Position numbers and translations under genes: made by a program
The notes under the pieces: generated by a model
The model's database searches: none
What the model was told of the DNA's origin: nothing
The model's input: only the letters and a program-made list of their open reading frames with translations
NCBI GenBank assembly: GCA_964523615.1
Contig: CAZFZU010000002.1
Span: 33,682-97,681, forward strand
DNA length: 64,000 nt
Source: an uncultured Eubacteriales bacterium
Lineage (GTDB): Bacteria > Acidobacteriota > Aminicenantia > Aminicenantales > Saccharicenantaceae
Reading direction: 5' to 3'
Shown here: positions 1 to 7,797 of the stretch, piece after piece
How the letters are laid out: every line of letters begins with the position of its first letter
How positions within the stretch are numbered: the stretch's first letter is position 1

Positions 1-734
1 GGGGTCTCGTAGACCGGCACGTCGAGCGTGATCGATCCGGAGTAGTCCAGGGTGAAGCGGCTGCGGTAGCTCAGGCCGACGCGGAAGCCGGCGCCCCGGT
101 AGAGGGCCCCGGCGTTGAAGGCGAAAGCGGAGCCGTCGACGTCGGCCTCGGCCGGGACCTCGACGAGGGTCTCGCCCATGGGCATGAGCTGGACCTGGGA
201 TTGGGTCAGCTTCGAGAAGACGAACGAGACGCCGGCGCCGAGCGAGAAGCGCTCGGAGAGCTTCACGGCGACGGTGGGATTGACATTGAAAGTGACCATG
301 TCGCTCTTGGTGCCCAGAAAACGCCAGGGGAAGCTCTCCGGCTCGGGCCACTCGATGCCCAGGCCGAAGGGCGAAGTGACCCCGAGGCCGACCGCGACGC
401 GGTCCGAGACCTTGTGGGAGAGGTAGAGGTTGGGCGGATAGAAGAGCTTGTGGACCTGGTCGTATCTCGGCGCGCCGGGGTAATCGGGGAAGGCCGCCGA
501 GCCGGAGGGGACGATGAAAGTCGCCCCGCCCATGATCCGGGTCCCGTCGAGGAAGGCCAGGCCGGCCGGGTTGTGCCAGGCCGCCGAGGGGTCCTTGGCC
601 AGGCTGGTGAAGGCCCCGGCCATGGCCATGGCCGCCGCGCCGTGCTCGTAGATGAGGAACCCCGAGCTGCGGGCGGCCGGCGCCAGGACGAGCAGGGAGA
701 CGGCCAGCAGGGCGAAGACCCGTTTGCGGCTCAT
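1..734 (-). CDS. FadL/OMPP1/TodX-family outer membrane transport protein (C-terminus outside window)
   Basis: Reverse-strand ATG at 734-732 preceded by GGGAGGAGG. The reading frame stays open to the window edge, so it is absent from the ORF track. The N-terminus MSRKRVFALLAVSLLVLAPAARSSGFLIYEHGAAAMAMAGAFTS is a signal peptide followed by the conserved FadL-family N-terminal motif. The rest has a beta-barrel-like alternating pattern. Confidence 0.75.
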   Translation of the reverse strand, partial: MSRKRVFALLAVSLLVLAPAARSSGFLIYEHGAAAMAMAGAFTSLAKDPSAAWHNPAGLAFLDGTRIMGGATFIVPSGSAAFPDYPGAPRYDQVHKLFYPPNLYLSHKVSDRVAVGLGVTSPFGLGIEWPEPESFPWRFLGTKSDMVTFNVNPTVAVKLSERFSLGAGVSFVFSKLTQSQVQLMPMGETLVEVPAEADVDGSAFAFNAGALYRGAGFRVGLSYRSRFTLDYSGSITLDVPVYET

Positions 735-797
735 CTATACCTCCTCCCGACGACGGTTCCCGATGGACCTTTGCCCAGCGCTGAAAAGCCCAGTGAG

Positions 798-826
798 ATG
801 ATAATACTCCTGTCGATCTGGTTCAA
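798..826 (-). promoter_or_regulatory. sigma70-like promoter for the FadL-family gene
   Basis: On the minus strand: TTGAAC (826-821), 17-nt spacer, TATCAT (803-798). It lies about 60 nt upstream of the ATG. Confidence 0.4.
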
Positions 827-832
827 CTAATA

Positions 833-873
833 TAGAAATTCCCGCCTGATGTCAAGACCGCGACAGGCGGGAA
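833..873 (-). terminator. Rho-independent terminator after the DUF3467 gene
   Basis: The minus-strand RNA has a 10-bp stem, TTCCCGCCTG/CAGGCGGGAA (873-864 pairs with 848-839), with a 15-nt loop. It is followed by TTTCTATATT and begins 7 nt after the stop codon. Confidence 0.6.
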
Positions 874-880
874 CGCGGCG

Positions 881-1174
881 TCACTGGATGAAATCGACCG
901 TGGGCGGCAGGTCCGAGGGCACGATCGTCCCGTAGGCGTCCTCGTAGCGCTTGATGTTCGCCTGCAGGGCTTCGAGGAAGCGCTTGGCGTGGGCCGGGCT
1001 GACGATGACGCGGGAGACGAGCTTGCCGTAAGGCCCGTCCGGGAAGAGAAAGGCGAAATCGAACAGGAACTCCTCGCGCGAATGGCGGATGGCGGCGAGG
1101 CTGGCGTATTGGCCGAGAGCGACGGCCTCGTCGACCTTGATCTCGACCTTCTTGGCTTCGGCCTTGGGGTCCAT
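881..1174 (-). CDS. DUF3467 domain protein
   Basis: 97 aa. The segment GQYASLAAIRHSREEFLFDFAFLFP...SRVIVSPAHAKRFLEALQANIKRYEDAYG matches the conserved DUF3467 pattern (YSNL..I.HS..EF..DF....P......R......HAKR.L.AL..NI..YE). Confidence 0.75.
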   Translation of the reverse strand: MDPKAEAKKVEIKVDEAVALGQYASLAAIRHSREEFLFDFAFLFPDGPYGKLVSRVIVSPAHAKRFLEALQANIKRYEDAYGTIVPSDLPPTVDFIQ

Positions 1175-1257
1175 GGTCCCTCCGGGAGCGAATTGACGTC
1201 GTCTCCATTCTGTGCCTAAGGCGATGAAAGTTCAATAGCTTGGACGACGGCGGGAAG

Positions 1258-1275
1258 TTAAAAAAATTTTTTTAA
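1258..1275. repeat. Perfect AT-only palindrome TTAAAAAAATTTTTTTAA
   Basis: An A7T7 core at 1260-1273 sits in an otherwise GC-rich genome, inside the 289-bp gap between the DUF3467 gene and the agmatinase gene. Confidence 0.9.
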
Positions 1276-1463
1276 AATTTCGCTTTACATCGGCCCGCTG
1301 TATGATATACTGATGATGGCTTTCTTGAGCGGGCTGGGGAAAGCCCCCACCTTTTTGGTTCCCATCATCAACCCCCCTTTTGCTGACAACAGCCCGCACT
1401 TCCCCTCCCCGGGGAACATCTCATCAGGGATATCCGTCGCGGGCCGAGCCGGCGGTGGCGCGT

Positions 1464-2312
1464 TCAGGCCGCGCGGACGATGCGGCCGGCGGTCTCTTTG
1501 AAGATCTTGAAGGCGGCCGCCGCGGTGATGCCCGAAGGATCGCGCGAGGGATTGAGCTCGACGATGTCCAAGCCGACGATCCTCCCCTTCAGCGATTGGA
1601 TGATCTGGACGGCTTGGCGCGTCGACAGGCCGCCCGGCTCGTGGTGGGAGACGCCGGGGGCGAAGGCCGGGTCGAGGGCGTCCATGTCGAAGGAGATGTA
1701 GACGGGGTTGGCGAAGCGCAGATGGAGGGGGTCCTGGATGTCCTTCATCTCGATCATGCGGACGCCGTGCTTGAGGGCCCGGGCCCGGTGGTCGGCCGTG
1801 ACGGCCCGCACCCCGACCTGGACCACGCCGGCGGCCAGGCCGTCCTCGACGACGCGGGCGAAGGGGCAGGCGTGCGACAGGCGGTCGCCGTAGAGGTCGT
1901 CGTAGAGGTCCGGGTGGGCGTCGAAGTGGAGGACGTCGAGAGGCTTGAAGCGGCGGCCGAAGGCCTTGAGGACGGGATAGGTGATGGAGTGGTCGCCGCC
2001 GAGCACGACCGGCACGGCGCCTTTGTCCAGGATGGCCGCTACTCCCTTCTCGACGAGGGCGAAGGACTTGTCCATGTCGCCCGAGGTGTCGACGTCGCCG
2101 AGGTCGACGAGAACGGTGTCCTCCTCGAGGTTGACCCCGAGCTCCGTCCAGCCGCAATAGCACTTGCCTGTGGAGACGGCCCGGACGGCGGCCGGTCCGG
2201 CCGCGGCGCCGCGGAGATAGCTCGACTTCTCGTCGAACGGCACGCCCAGGACGGCGATCTTGTAGTCGGGATTCTCGGATAGCGGCTTGGCGGCCCCGCC
2301 GAAATCGGACAT
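1464..2312 (-). CDS. speB: Agmatinase (arginase/ureohydrolase family)
   Basis: Metal-binding motifs are present: GGDHSITYP, HFDAHPDLYDD and SFDMDALDP. I chose the ATG at 2312 (MSDFGG...), which is preceded by GAGGAGG. The 59 upstream residues of the track ORF are R/P-rich and look non-coding. Confidence 0.85.
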   Translation of the reverse strand: MSDFGGAAKPLSENPDYKIAVLGVPFDEKSSYLRGAAAGPAAVRAVSTGKCYCGWTELGVNLEEDTVLVDLGDVDTSGDMDKSFALVEKGVAAILDKGAVPVVLGGDHSITYPVLKAFGRRFKPLDVLHFDAHPDLYDDLYGDRLSHACPFARVVEDGLAAGVVQVGVRAVTADHRARALKHGVRMIEMKDIQDPLHLRFANPVYISFDMDALDPAFAPGVSHHEPGGLSTRQAVQIIQSLKGRIVGLDIVELNPSRDPSGITAAAAFKIFKETAGRIVRAA

Positions 2313-2342
2313 CGTCGACCTCCTCGTCGGTTGCTGACCCCG

Positions 2343-2348
2343 ATTATA
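2343..2348 (-). promoter_or_regulatory. -10 box (TATAAT) for the agmatinase gene
   Basis: Perfect TATAAT on the minus strand, 31 nt upstream of the ATG. The -35 element is weak. Confidence 0.4.
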
Positions 2349-2608
2349 CCCGAACAAGACTCGTCCCCAAAGAGGACGAGGGGGAAAAAGCCGGGGAGAG
2401 AGATCCTCCCTCTCCCTTTTCGGAACCTTGGCACCGCCTCTCGCGAGGCGGCCGCGGCGGCGAAGCCGCGACCGGGGCCATCGTCCCATGGGCCGCTCCC
2501 GGGGACAATCGCCGGGCGGGGTGATTCCGGGGATGAGATACCGGCCCGTTCCTCATCGCCCGGGGGGACCCGCCCCCGAGGACGGCGGCCCCCGGCCCGA
2601 GACGGCGG

Positions 2609-2636
2609 TTGACAATCCGTCCCCCTTCCATACAAT
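2609..2636 (+). promoter_or_regulatory. sigma70-like promoter for the ABC-2 transporter genes
   Basis: TTGACA (2609-2614), 16-nt spacer, TACAAT (2631-2636). Only 8 nt separate the -10 box from the ATG at 2645, which implies a very short leader or a leaderless mRNA. Confidence 0.5.
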
Positions 2637-2644
2637 AGGGAGCG

Positions 2645-3562
2645 ATGTCCGACGCCATCCGCATCCGGGACCTCGAGAAGAGCTTCCGGCTCGGTTTCAT
2701 CCCCAAGACCCGGCCCGTCCTCCGGGGCATCAGCCTGGCCGTGCGCGAGGGAGAGATCTTCGGCTACCTCGGCCCGAACGGCGCCGGCAAGACGACGACC
2801 ATCAAGTGCTTGCTCGGCCTGATCCGGCCCGACGCCGGGACGGCCGAGATCTTCGGCCGCTCTTCCCTGTCTCCCCGCTCCCGCGCGTCGCTCGGCTTCC
2901 TGCCCGAGAACCCCTATTTCTACGACTACCTGACGGCCCGCGAGTTCCTGGCCTTCACGGCCGACCTGTTCGGCCTGGCCCGCGGGACCAAGGAGGAGCG
3001 GATCGCCCGCCTGCTCGCGCTCGTCGGCCTCGAGCGGGCGGCCGACCTGCCCCTGCGCAAGTACTCCCGGGGCATGCTCCAGCGGGCCGGGCTGGCCCAG
3101 GCCCTCGTCAACGATCCCAAGCTGGTCATCCTCGACGAGCCCCTCGGCGGCATGGACCCGCTCGGGCGCAAGGAGATCCGGGACATCATCGTCCGCTTCA
3201 AGGACGAGGGCAAGACCGTCTTCTTCACCTCGCACATCCTCCAGGACATCGAGATGATCTGCGACCGCGTCGCCATCGTCGTCGGCGGCCGCATCGTCAA
3301 GGAGGGCCTCCTCAGCGACCTCGTCTCCGAGAAGGTCCTGTTCACCGAAGTGACCGTGGACGGGGTCCCGGCCGAGGCCTTCGCCGGCCTCGGCGAGAGC
3401 GTCTCCGCCCAGGGCGGCCGGGTCTGGCTCAGGGTCTTCGAGGAGGCCCGGATCGCCGCGGTCCTCGATCGCGTCCGCGAGCGCCGCGGCCGTCTCGTCG
3501 CCCTCAGCCCGCGGACAGAGACCCTGGAGGACATCTTCGTCGAAACGGTGACACGGACATGA
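2645..3562 (+). CDS. ABC transporter ATP-binding protein (ABC-2 exporter type)
   Basis: Walker A GPNGAGKTT, signature YSRGMLQR, Walker B LVILDEPLGGMD, H-loop TSHIL. Confidence 0.9.
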   Translation: MSDAIRIRDLEKSFRLGFIPKTRPVLRGISLAVREGEIFGYLGPNGAGKTTTIKCLLGLIRPDAGTAEIFGRSSLSPRSRASLGFLPENPYFYDYLTAREFLAFTADLFGLARGTKEERIARLLALVGLERAADLPLRKYSRGMLQRAGLAQALVNDPKLVILDEPLGGMDPLGRKEIRDIIVRFKDEGKTVFFTSHILQDIEMICDRVAIVVGGRIVKEGLLSDLVSEKVLFTEVTVDGVPAEAFAGLGESVSAQGGRVWLRVFEEARIAAVLDRVRERRGRLVALSPRTETLEDIFVETVTRT

Positions 3563-4323
3563 AGATCGCGGCCATCGCCGGCATCACCTTCAAGGAGGCC
3601 AAGCGGGACCGGGTCCTGTACCTCCTGTTCTTCTTCGCCGCGCTCGGCATCGCCGGCTCCCGGGTCCTGGCCGTGCTGACGGTCGGCGACCGGGCTAAGA
3701 TCGTCAAGGACGTCGGGCTGGCCTCGATCTCGGGCTTCGGCATCCTCATGGCCATCCTCATCGGGACCGGCCTGGTCTACAAGGAGATCGACAAGAAGAC
3801 CATCTTCACCCTGCTCGCCAAGCCGCTCCACCGGGCCGAGTTCATCCTGGGCAAGTTCCTGGGCCTGGTCCTGACCCTCCTGATCATGACCGCGGCCATG
3901 ACGGCCATCTTCCTGGCCCTCGTCTGGGCCCACACCGGCCGCGTCGAGGCCTCCCTCCTCGTGGCCGTGGCCTACATCTTCCTCGAGCTCGTCCTGATCA
4001 CGGCCGTGGCCGTCCTGTTCTCCTCCTTCTCGACGCCCATCCTGAGCTCGCTCTTCGCCCTGGCCTTCACCCTCATCGGGCACCTGTCCTGGGGCCTCGA
4101 GCTGATCCTCAAGAAGATGGGCCCGGGCGCCGGCCGGACGCTGGTCAAGGTCCTCTACGCGGTCCTGCCCGACCTCGAGAACTTCAACTTCAAGACGGAG
4201 GTCGTCCACGGCCTGCCCATCCCGCCGGCCATCTTCCTCTCGTCGTTCCTCTACGGCGTCTGCTACACGGCCTTCGTCCTCGGCCTGGCCGTCCTCGTTT
4301 TCCGACGCCGCGACTTCATCTAG
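3559..4323 (+). CDS. ABC-2 family transporter permease
   Basis: The ATG at 3559 overlaps the upstream stop codon (ATGA). 254 aa with about six hydrophobic helices. The start MKIAAIAGITFKEAKRDRVLY is typical of ABC-2/NosY-like permeases. Confidence 0.8.
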   Translation: MKIAAIAGITFKEAKRDRVLYLLFFFAALGIAGSRVLAVLTVGDRAKIVKDVGLASISGFGILMAILIGTGLVYKEIDKKTIFTLLAKPLHRAEFILGKFLGLVLTLLIMTAAMTAIFLALVWAHTGRVEASLLVAVAYIFLELVLITAVAVLFSSFSTPILSSLFALAFTLIGHLSWGLELILKKMGPGAGRTLVKVLYAVLPDLENFNFKTEVVHGLPIPPAIFLSSFLYGVCYTAFVLGLAVLVFRRRDFI

Positions 4324-4330
4324 GCATTCA

Positions 4331-4383
4331 TGAAAACGCCGCCGTCCTCCGCACGCCCAGAAAAGCCCAGAGCGGCGTTTTCA
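4331..4383 (+). terminator. Possible bidirectional intrinsic terminator after the ABC-2 genes
   Basis: TGAAAACGCCGC (4331-4342) pairs with GCGGCGTTTTCA (4372-4383). This gives a GC stem flanked by an A-run and a T-run. The loop is long (29 nt). Confidence 0.4.
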
Positions 4384-4526
4384 CCCTTCGGGCAAGCCGA
4401 TCCGGCCGCATCTGCTTCGTTGCAAAGGGCTCGCAGTACTCCGAGTACAGCTTCACCCTTTGACGCCTCGCATCTGCAGCCGCCTCGGCTCGTGAATGCC
4501 CCGGCGCAGGGCCGGCGGGCGCGTTC

Positions 4527-5429
4527 ATGAAAACGCCCCTGTTCCGGAAGGGATCGACGGCCCTGCTCCTGGCCCTTCTTCTGGCCTCGGGGGCCGGCCT
4601 GGCGGCCCTCAAGGGCGCGACCGACCGGGTCGTCCGGAGCCAGGTCCCCGGCTCGTCCATCATCTACGTGCCCTCGGGCAAGTTCCTGCGCTTCGCGACC
4701 TTCGGCTACCGGTCGCTGGCCGCCGACCTGCTCTATCTCTGGGCCATCCAATACTACAGCACGCCGACGATCGACGACCGCTTCGACCACCTCGACCACA
4801 TCTTCGCCATCATCAACGAGCTCGACCCCCGCTACCAGGACCCCTACGACATCGGCTCGCTCATCGCCGTCCAGGAGGCCCGGATCGCCCGCGACCGCCG
4901 CCGCGACGCCGTCCAGTCGTCGAACCTCGTCCGCTCGGCCTTCGCCATCCTCGACCGCGGCGCGGCCAACAATCCCGACCAGTGGATCTATCCCTTCAAC
5001 GCCGGCCACATCGCCCTGATGACCCTCAAGGATTACGCCCTGGCCGAGAGCTATTTCGAGCGGACGATGCGCATCCCCGGCGCCCCCGACTTCGTCGAGC
5101 GCCTGCGGGCCAACGCCATGTTCAAGCAGGGCGACCTCAAGACCGCCTGGGAGACCTGGCTCGACATCTACAAGCGGGCGCCCGACGAGCGGACCCGCAG
5201 GATCGCCTCGAACCACCTCTACAACGTCAAGTCGTCCATCGACAGCGCGGCCCTGGAGGCCGCGGCCGAGGCCTACCGCGGGCGCTTCGGCCGCTTCCCG
5301 GCCGACCTGGAGGCGCTCGTCCGGTCGGGGCTCGTCGCCGAGGTCCCCAAGGACCTCGACGGCCGGGACTACGTCTACGATCCGGCCGCCGGCCGGGTCC
5401 GGACCGCCATCAGCCCATGGAAACGCTGA
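4527..5429 (+). CDS. Signal-anchored TPR-like protein of unknown function
   Basis: 300 aa. N-terminal hydrophobic segment MKTPLFRKGSTALLLALLLASGAGLAAL. Helical-repeat-like C-terminal half (AESYFERTMRIP...KQGDLKTAWETWLDIYKRAP). GC3 codon bias is consistent with coding. It overlaps pilD by 13 nt. Confidence 0.6.
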   Translation: MKTPLFRKGSTALLLALLLASGAGLAALKGATDRVVRSQVPGSSIIYVPSGKFLRFATFGYRSLAADLLYLWAIQYYSTPTIDDRFDHLDHIFAIINELDPRYQDPYDIGSLIAVQEARIARDRRRDAVQSSNLVRSAFAILDRGAANNPDQWIYPFNAGHIALMTLKDYALAESYFERTMRIPGAPDFVERLRANAMFKQGDLKTAWETWLDIYKRAPDERTRRIASNHLYNVKSSIDSAALEAAAEAYRGRFGRFPADLEALVRSGLVAEVPKDLDGRDYVYDPAAGRVRTAISPWKR

Positions 5430-6196
5430 CCGTCGTCTTCGTGGCCGTGGCCGGGCTCGTCCTCGGCAGCTTCTTCAACGTCGTCATCTACCGCCTGCCG
5501 CGCGGCTTGAACCTGTCGCGCCCGCCCTCGGCCTGCCCCGGCTGCGGCGCCCGCATCAAGCCCTACGACAACGTCCCGGTCCTGTCGTACCTCTGGCTCG
5601 GCGGCAAGTGCCGCAGCTGCCGCCGGCCCATCTCCCCCGTCTATCCGGCCGTCGAGGCCCTGACCGCCGCCGGCTTCGTCCTGGTGTACTACCATTCCGG
5701 TCGCGAGCTGGGCCTGCCGTTCGTCGCCGGCTGCCTGTTCACGAGCGCCCTCGTCGTCCTCGGCTTCATCGATTATTACCACCAGGTGCTGCCCAACGCC
5801 GTGACCATGCCCGGGCTCGTCCTGGCCCTGGCCTACGCCTTCGTCCGTGACGACCTGACCTTTCGGAGCGCCCTGCTCGGTGCCGTCGTCGGCGCGGGAT
5901 TCCTCCTCATCGTCTACGGCGTTTATTACCTCGTCCGGAAGAAGGAGGGCTTGGGCATGGGCGACGTGACCATGATGCTCATGGTCGGCGCCTTCCTCGG
6001 GCCCCTGAGGACGCTGCTCGTCCTCATCCTGGGCTCGCTCATGGGCGCCCTGGTCGGCCTCTATCTCATCAGGCGCAAGGGCCGCGACCTCCAGTTCGCC
6101 CTGCCCTTCGGCACCTTCCTGGCCCCGGCCGCGTTCGTCGCCCTGCTCTGGGGCGAGCGCATCGTCGGGGCCTATCTGTCGCTCTACAAGCGCTAG
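5417..6196 (+). CDS. pilD: Prepilin peptidase / N-methyltransferase (peptidase A24)
   Basis: Start METLTVVFVAVAGLVLGSFFNVVIYRLP. Four-Cys motif CPGCG...CRSCRR. Catalytic Asp boxes GMGDVTMMLMVGAFLG and PFGTFLAP. Confidence 0.9.
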   Translation: METLTVVFVAVAGLVLGSFFNVVIYRLPRGLNLSRPPSACPGCGARIKPYDNVPVLSYLWLGGKCRSCRRPISPVYPAVEALTAAGFVLVYYHSGRELGLPFVAGCLFTSALVVLGFIDYYHQVLPNAVTMPGLVLALAYAFVRDDLTFRSALLGAVVGAGFLLIVYGVYYLVRKKEGLGMGDVTMMLMVGAFLGPLRTLLVLILGSLMGALVGLYLIRRKGRDLQFALPFGTFLAPAAFVALLWGERIVGAYLSLYKR

Positions 6197-7617
6197 CCCA
6201 GGGCGGCCCGCCGCTTTCTCACCCGGACGACGAAGATCTCCGTCGTGTCTCCCGTCACCTTGAACGCCTCCCCGACCGGCAATCCCGGCGCCCAGACGAT
6301 CCGGCCGCGGGACAGGAGGACGGGCAGCCGGTCGCGCTCGGCCGCCGGGACGGCCCTGGCCCGCAGGGCCTCCTTGAGCTTCTTGCGGCCCGGCGCGCCG
6401 AGCGGGCGGTAGGCGTCGCCCGGCCGCCGGCCGCGGACGACGAGGGGAAAGGTCAGCCGCCCGGCGTCGAAGCGGGCCAGGCGACGGTCGTCGCCGCGGA
6501 GGGAGCGGCGGACGAGAGCCCGCGTCTCGAACGCCCCCGACAGGACGAGGCCGGCGGGCCCGATCTCCAGGTCCGCGCGGCCGTCCCAGCGGAGCTCGTA
6601 GGAGCGGGCCGGGGCTGCGGACGGGCGCTTCAGCCCGAGCCTCCCCCTCTCGCGGCGCAGGACGAGTCCTTTGCGGAGGGAGATCTCCCGGCCCTCGCCG
6701 AGCGCGAGGGAGGCCGCGACGTCGTCGAATGAGACGTCCCGCAGGCCGCCGGCGACCCGGCCGAGGAACTCCCGGGCGACGCGCCGGGCCAAGGCCGGCC
6801 AGAGGAGGGGCAGGGTCTTGAGGTCGAGAGAGGCCTTTCTCCCGGCGCCGGCGATGAACTCGTCGGCGAGCTCGCGGACGAAGCCCTCGAGGAGGGCCTC
6901 GTCCTCCCGGGCCAGCCCGGCCAACCGGGCCAGGTGGGCGGCGACGCGCGGCTCGTAGCGGCGCTCGAGCTCGGGCAGGAGCTCGGCCCGGACGCGGTTG
7001 CGAAGGAAGCGGAGATCGCGGTTGGAAGCGTCCTCGCGGAAGGGCAGCCCTTCGACGGCCAACCAGTCCCTCAGATCGGGCCCGGCGATCCCCAAGAGCG
7101 GCCGCACGACCGGGCACGGCGGTCCGGGAGAGACGGGGGGGATGCCGCCCAGTCCGAGCAGTCCCGTGCCGCGCATCAGGCGCATGAGGACGGTCTCGGC
7201 CTGGTCGGTCAGGGTGTGGCCGGTGGCGATCTTGGTCGCCCCGGCCGCGGCGGCGGCCCGCCGCAAGAATCGATAGCGGAGGTCGCGGCCGGCCTCCTCC
7301 AGGTTGAGCTTCTTCCGGGCGGCTTGGGCCCGGACGTCGGCCGAGCCCGTCGCCAGCGGCACGGTCCAGCGGCGGGCCAGGCCTTCGACGAATCGAGCGT
7401 CCTCTCCGGACTCCGGCCGCAGGCGATGGTCGAAGTGGGCCAGCCGGACCTCGAGCGGCATCTCGTCGCGGAGCCTCAGGAGGAGCGCGGCCAGGGCCAC
7501 CGAGTCGGCGCCGCCCGACACGGCGGCCAGGACGCGGTCGCCGGGGACGACGAGCCCTCCCAGGGCGGCCGTCCGGAAGGCCCGGTAGACGCGGTCCGGC
7601 TTCCGGGGCGATGTCAT
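6193..7617 (-). CDS. tilS: tRNA(Ile)-lysidine synthetase
   Basis: PP-loop SGGADSV near the N-terminus. 474 aa, with the long C-terminal substrate-binding extension typical of TilS. Confidence 0.9.
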   Translation of the reverse strand: MTSPRKPDRVYRAFRTAALGGLVVPGDRVLAAVSGGADSVALAALLLRLRDEMPLEVRLAHFDHRLRPESGEDARFVEGLARRWTVPLATGSADVRAQAARKKLNLEEAGRDLRYRFLRRAAAAAGATKIATGHTLTDQAETVLMRLMRGTGLLGLGGIPPVSPGPPCPVVRPLLGIAGPDLRDWLAVEGLPFREDASNRDLRFLRNRVRAELLPELERRYEPRVAAHLARLAGLAREDEALLEGFVRELADEFIAGAGRKASLDLKTLPLLWPALARRVAREFLGRVAGGLRDVSFDDVAASLALGEGREISLRKGLVLRRERGRLGLKRPSAAPARSYELRWDGRADLEIGPAGLVLSGAFETRALVRRSLRGDDRRLARFDAGRLTFPLVVRGRRPGDAYRPLGAPGRKKLKEALRARAVPAAERDRLPVLLSRGRIVWAPGLPVGEAFKVTGDTTEIFVVRVRKRRAALG

Positions 7618-7655
7618 TGTCGGGCTCGGTTCATGGATCCAAGGGCCGGGAGAAA

Positions 7656-7729
7656 TGGCGGCGGAGGGATTTGAACCCCCGACACTGCGGATATGAGCCG
7701 CATGCTCTGACCAACTGAGCTACGCCGCC
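7656..7729 (-). tRNA. tRNA with CAU anticodon (elongator Met or lysidine-dependent Ile2; not an initiator)
   Basis: 74-nt cloverleaf built by hand: acceptor GGCGGCG/CGCCGCC, D arm GCTC-AGTTGGTCA-GAGC, anticodon arm TGCGG-CTCATAT-CCGCA, variable loop GTGTC, T arm GGGGG-TTCAAAT-CCCTC, discriminator A. CCA is not encoded. The 1-72 pair is G-C and there is no GGG/CCC anticodon stem, so it is not an initiator. Confidence 0.9.
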
Positions 7730-7740
7730 AGGGTGGAGAG

Positions 7741-7769
7741 ATTCTAGCCGAATAGACCCCCCAAGTCAA
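7741..7769 (-). promoter_or_regulatory. sigma70-like promoter for the tRNA (and probably tilS)
   Basis: On the minus strand: TTGACT (7769-7764), 17-nt spacer, TAGAAT (7746-7741). The tRNA 5' end (7729) lies 11 nt downstream of the -10 box. Confidence 0.6.
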
Positions 7770-7797
7770 CGAGCGGGGCGGCGGCCCGGCCGGGCCG

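Noticed and set aside
1395-1445. A CUGAUGAG string followed by a UUCCCC/GGGGAA hairpin on the minus strand just after the agmatinase stop codon. It is reminiscent of a hammerhead ribozyme core.
   Set aside because: No GAAA box follows the hairpin in the right register. No stem I or stem III partners or cleavage-site triplet can be drawn. It is most likely just a 3'-UTR hairpin.
1313-1501. A 62-aa plus-strand ORF (MMAFLSGLGKAPTF...).
   Set aside because: It has no SD. Its C-terminal third is antisense to the agmatinase gene and is R/G-rich. The predicted promoter would start transcription downstream of its ATG.
2350-2430. Two GC hairpins in the divergent agmatinase/ABC control region: CTCGTCC-N7-GGACGAG, and GGGAGAG-N9-CTCTCCC followed by TTTTC. 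A nearby TGGCAC box at about 2429 looks like a sigma54 -24 element.
   Set aside because: There is no upstream gene for them to terminate on either strand and no convincing promoter in front. The TGGCAC box has GG-to-GC spacing of 11 rather than 10 nt. I cannot support an sRNA or riboswitch call from sequence alone.
4327-4537. A 14-nt direct repeat, TTCATGAAAACGCC, at 4327-4340 and 4524-4537. The second copy contains the start codon of the TPR-like gene. This raised the idea of a target-site duplication around an insertion of about 180 bp, or of a duplicated gene start (small ORF 4330-4530 beginning MKTP).
   Set aside because: No terminal inverted repeats lie inside the segment. The first copy is explained as the 5' arm of the terminator-like hairpin. 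The 66-aa ORF is low-complexity. Chance plus the palindromic TTCATGAA core is sufficient explanation.
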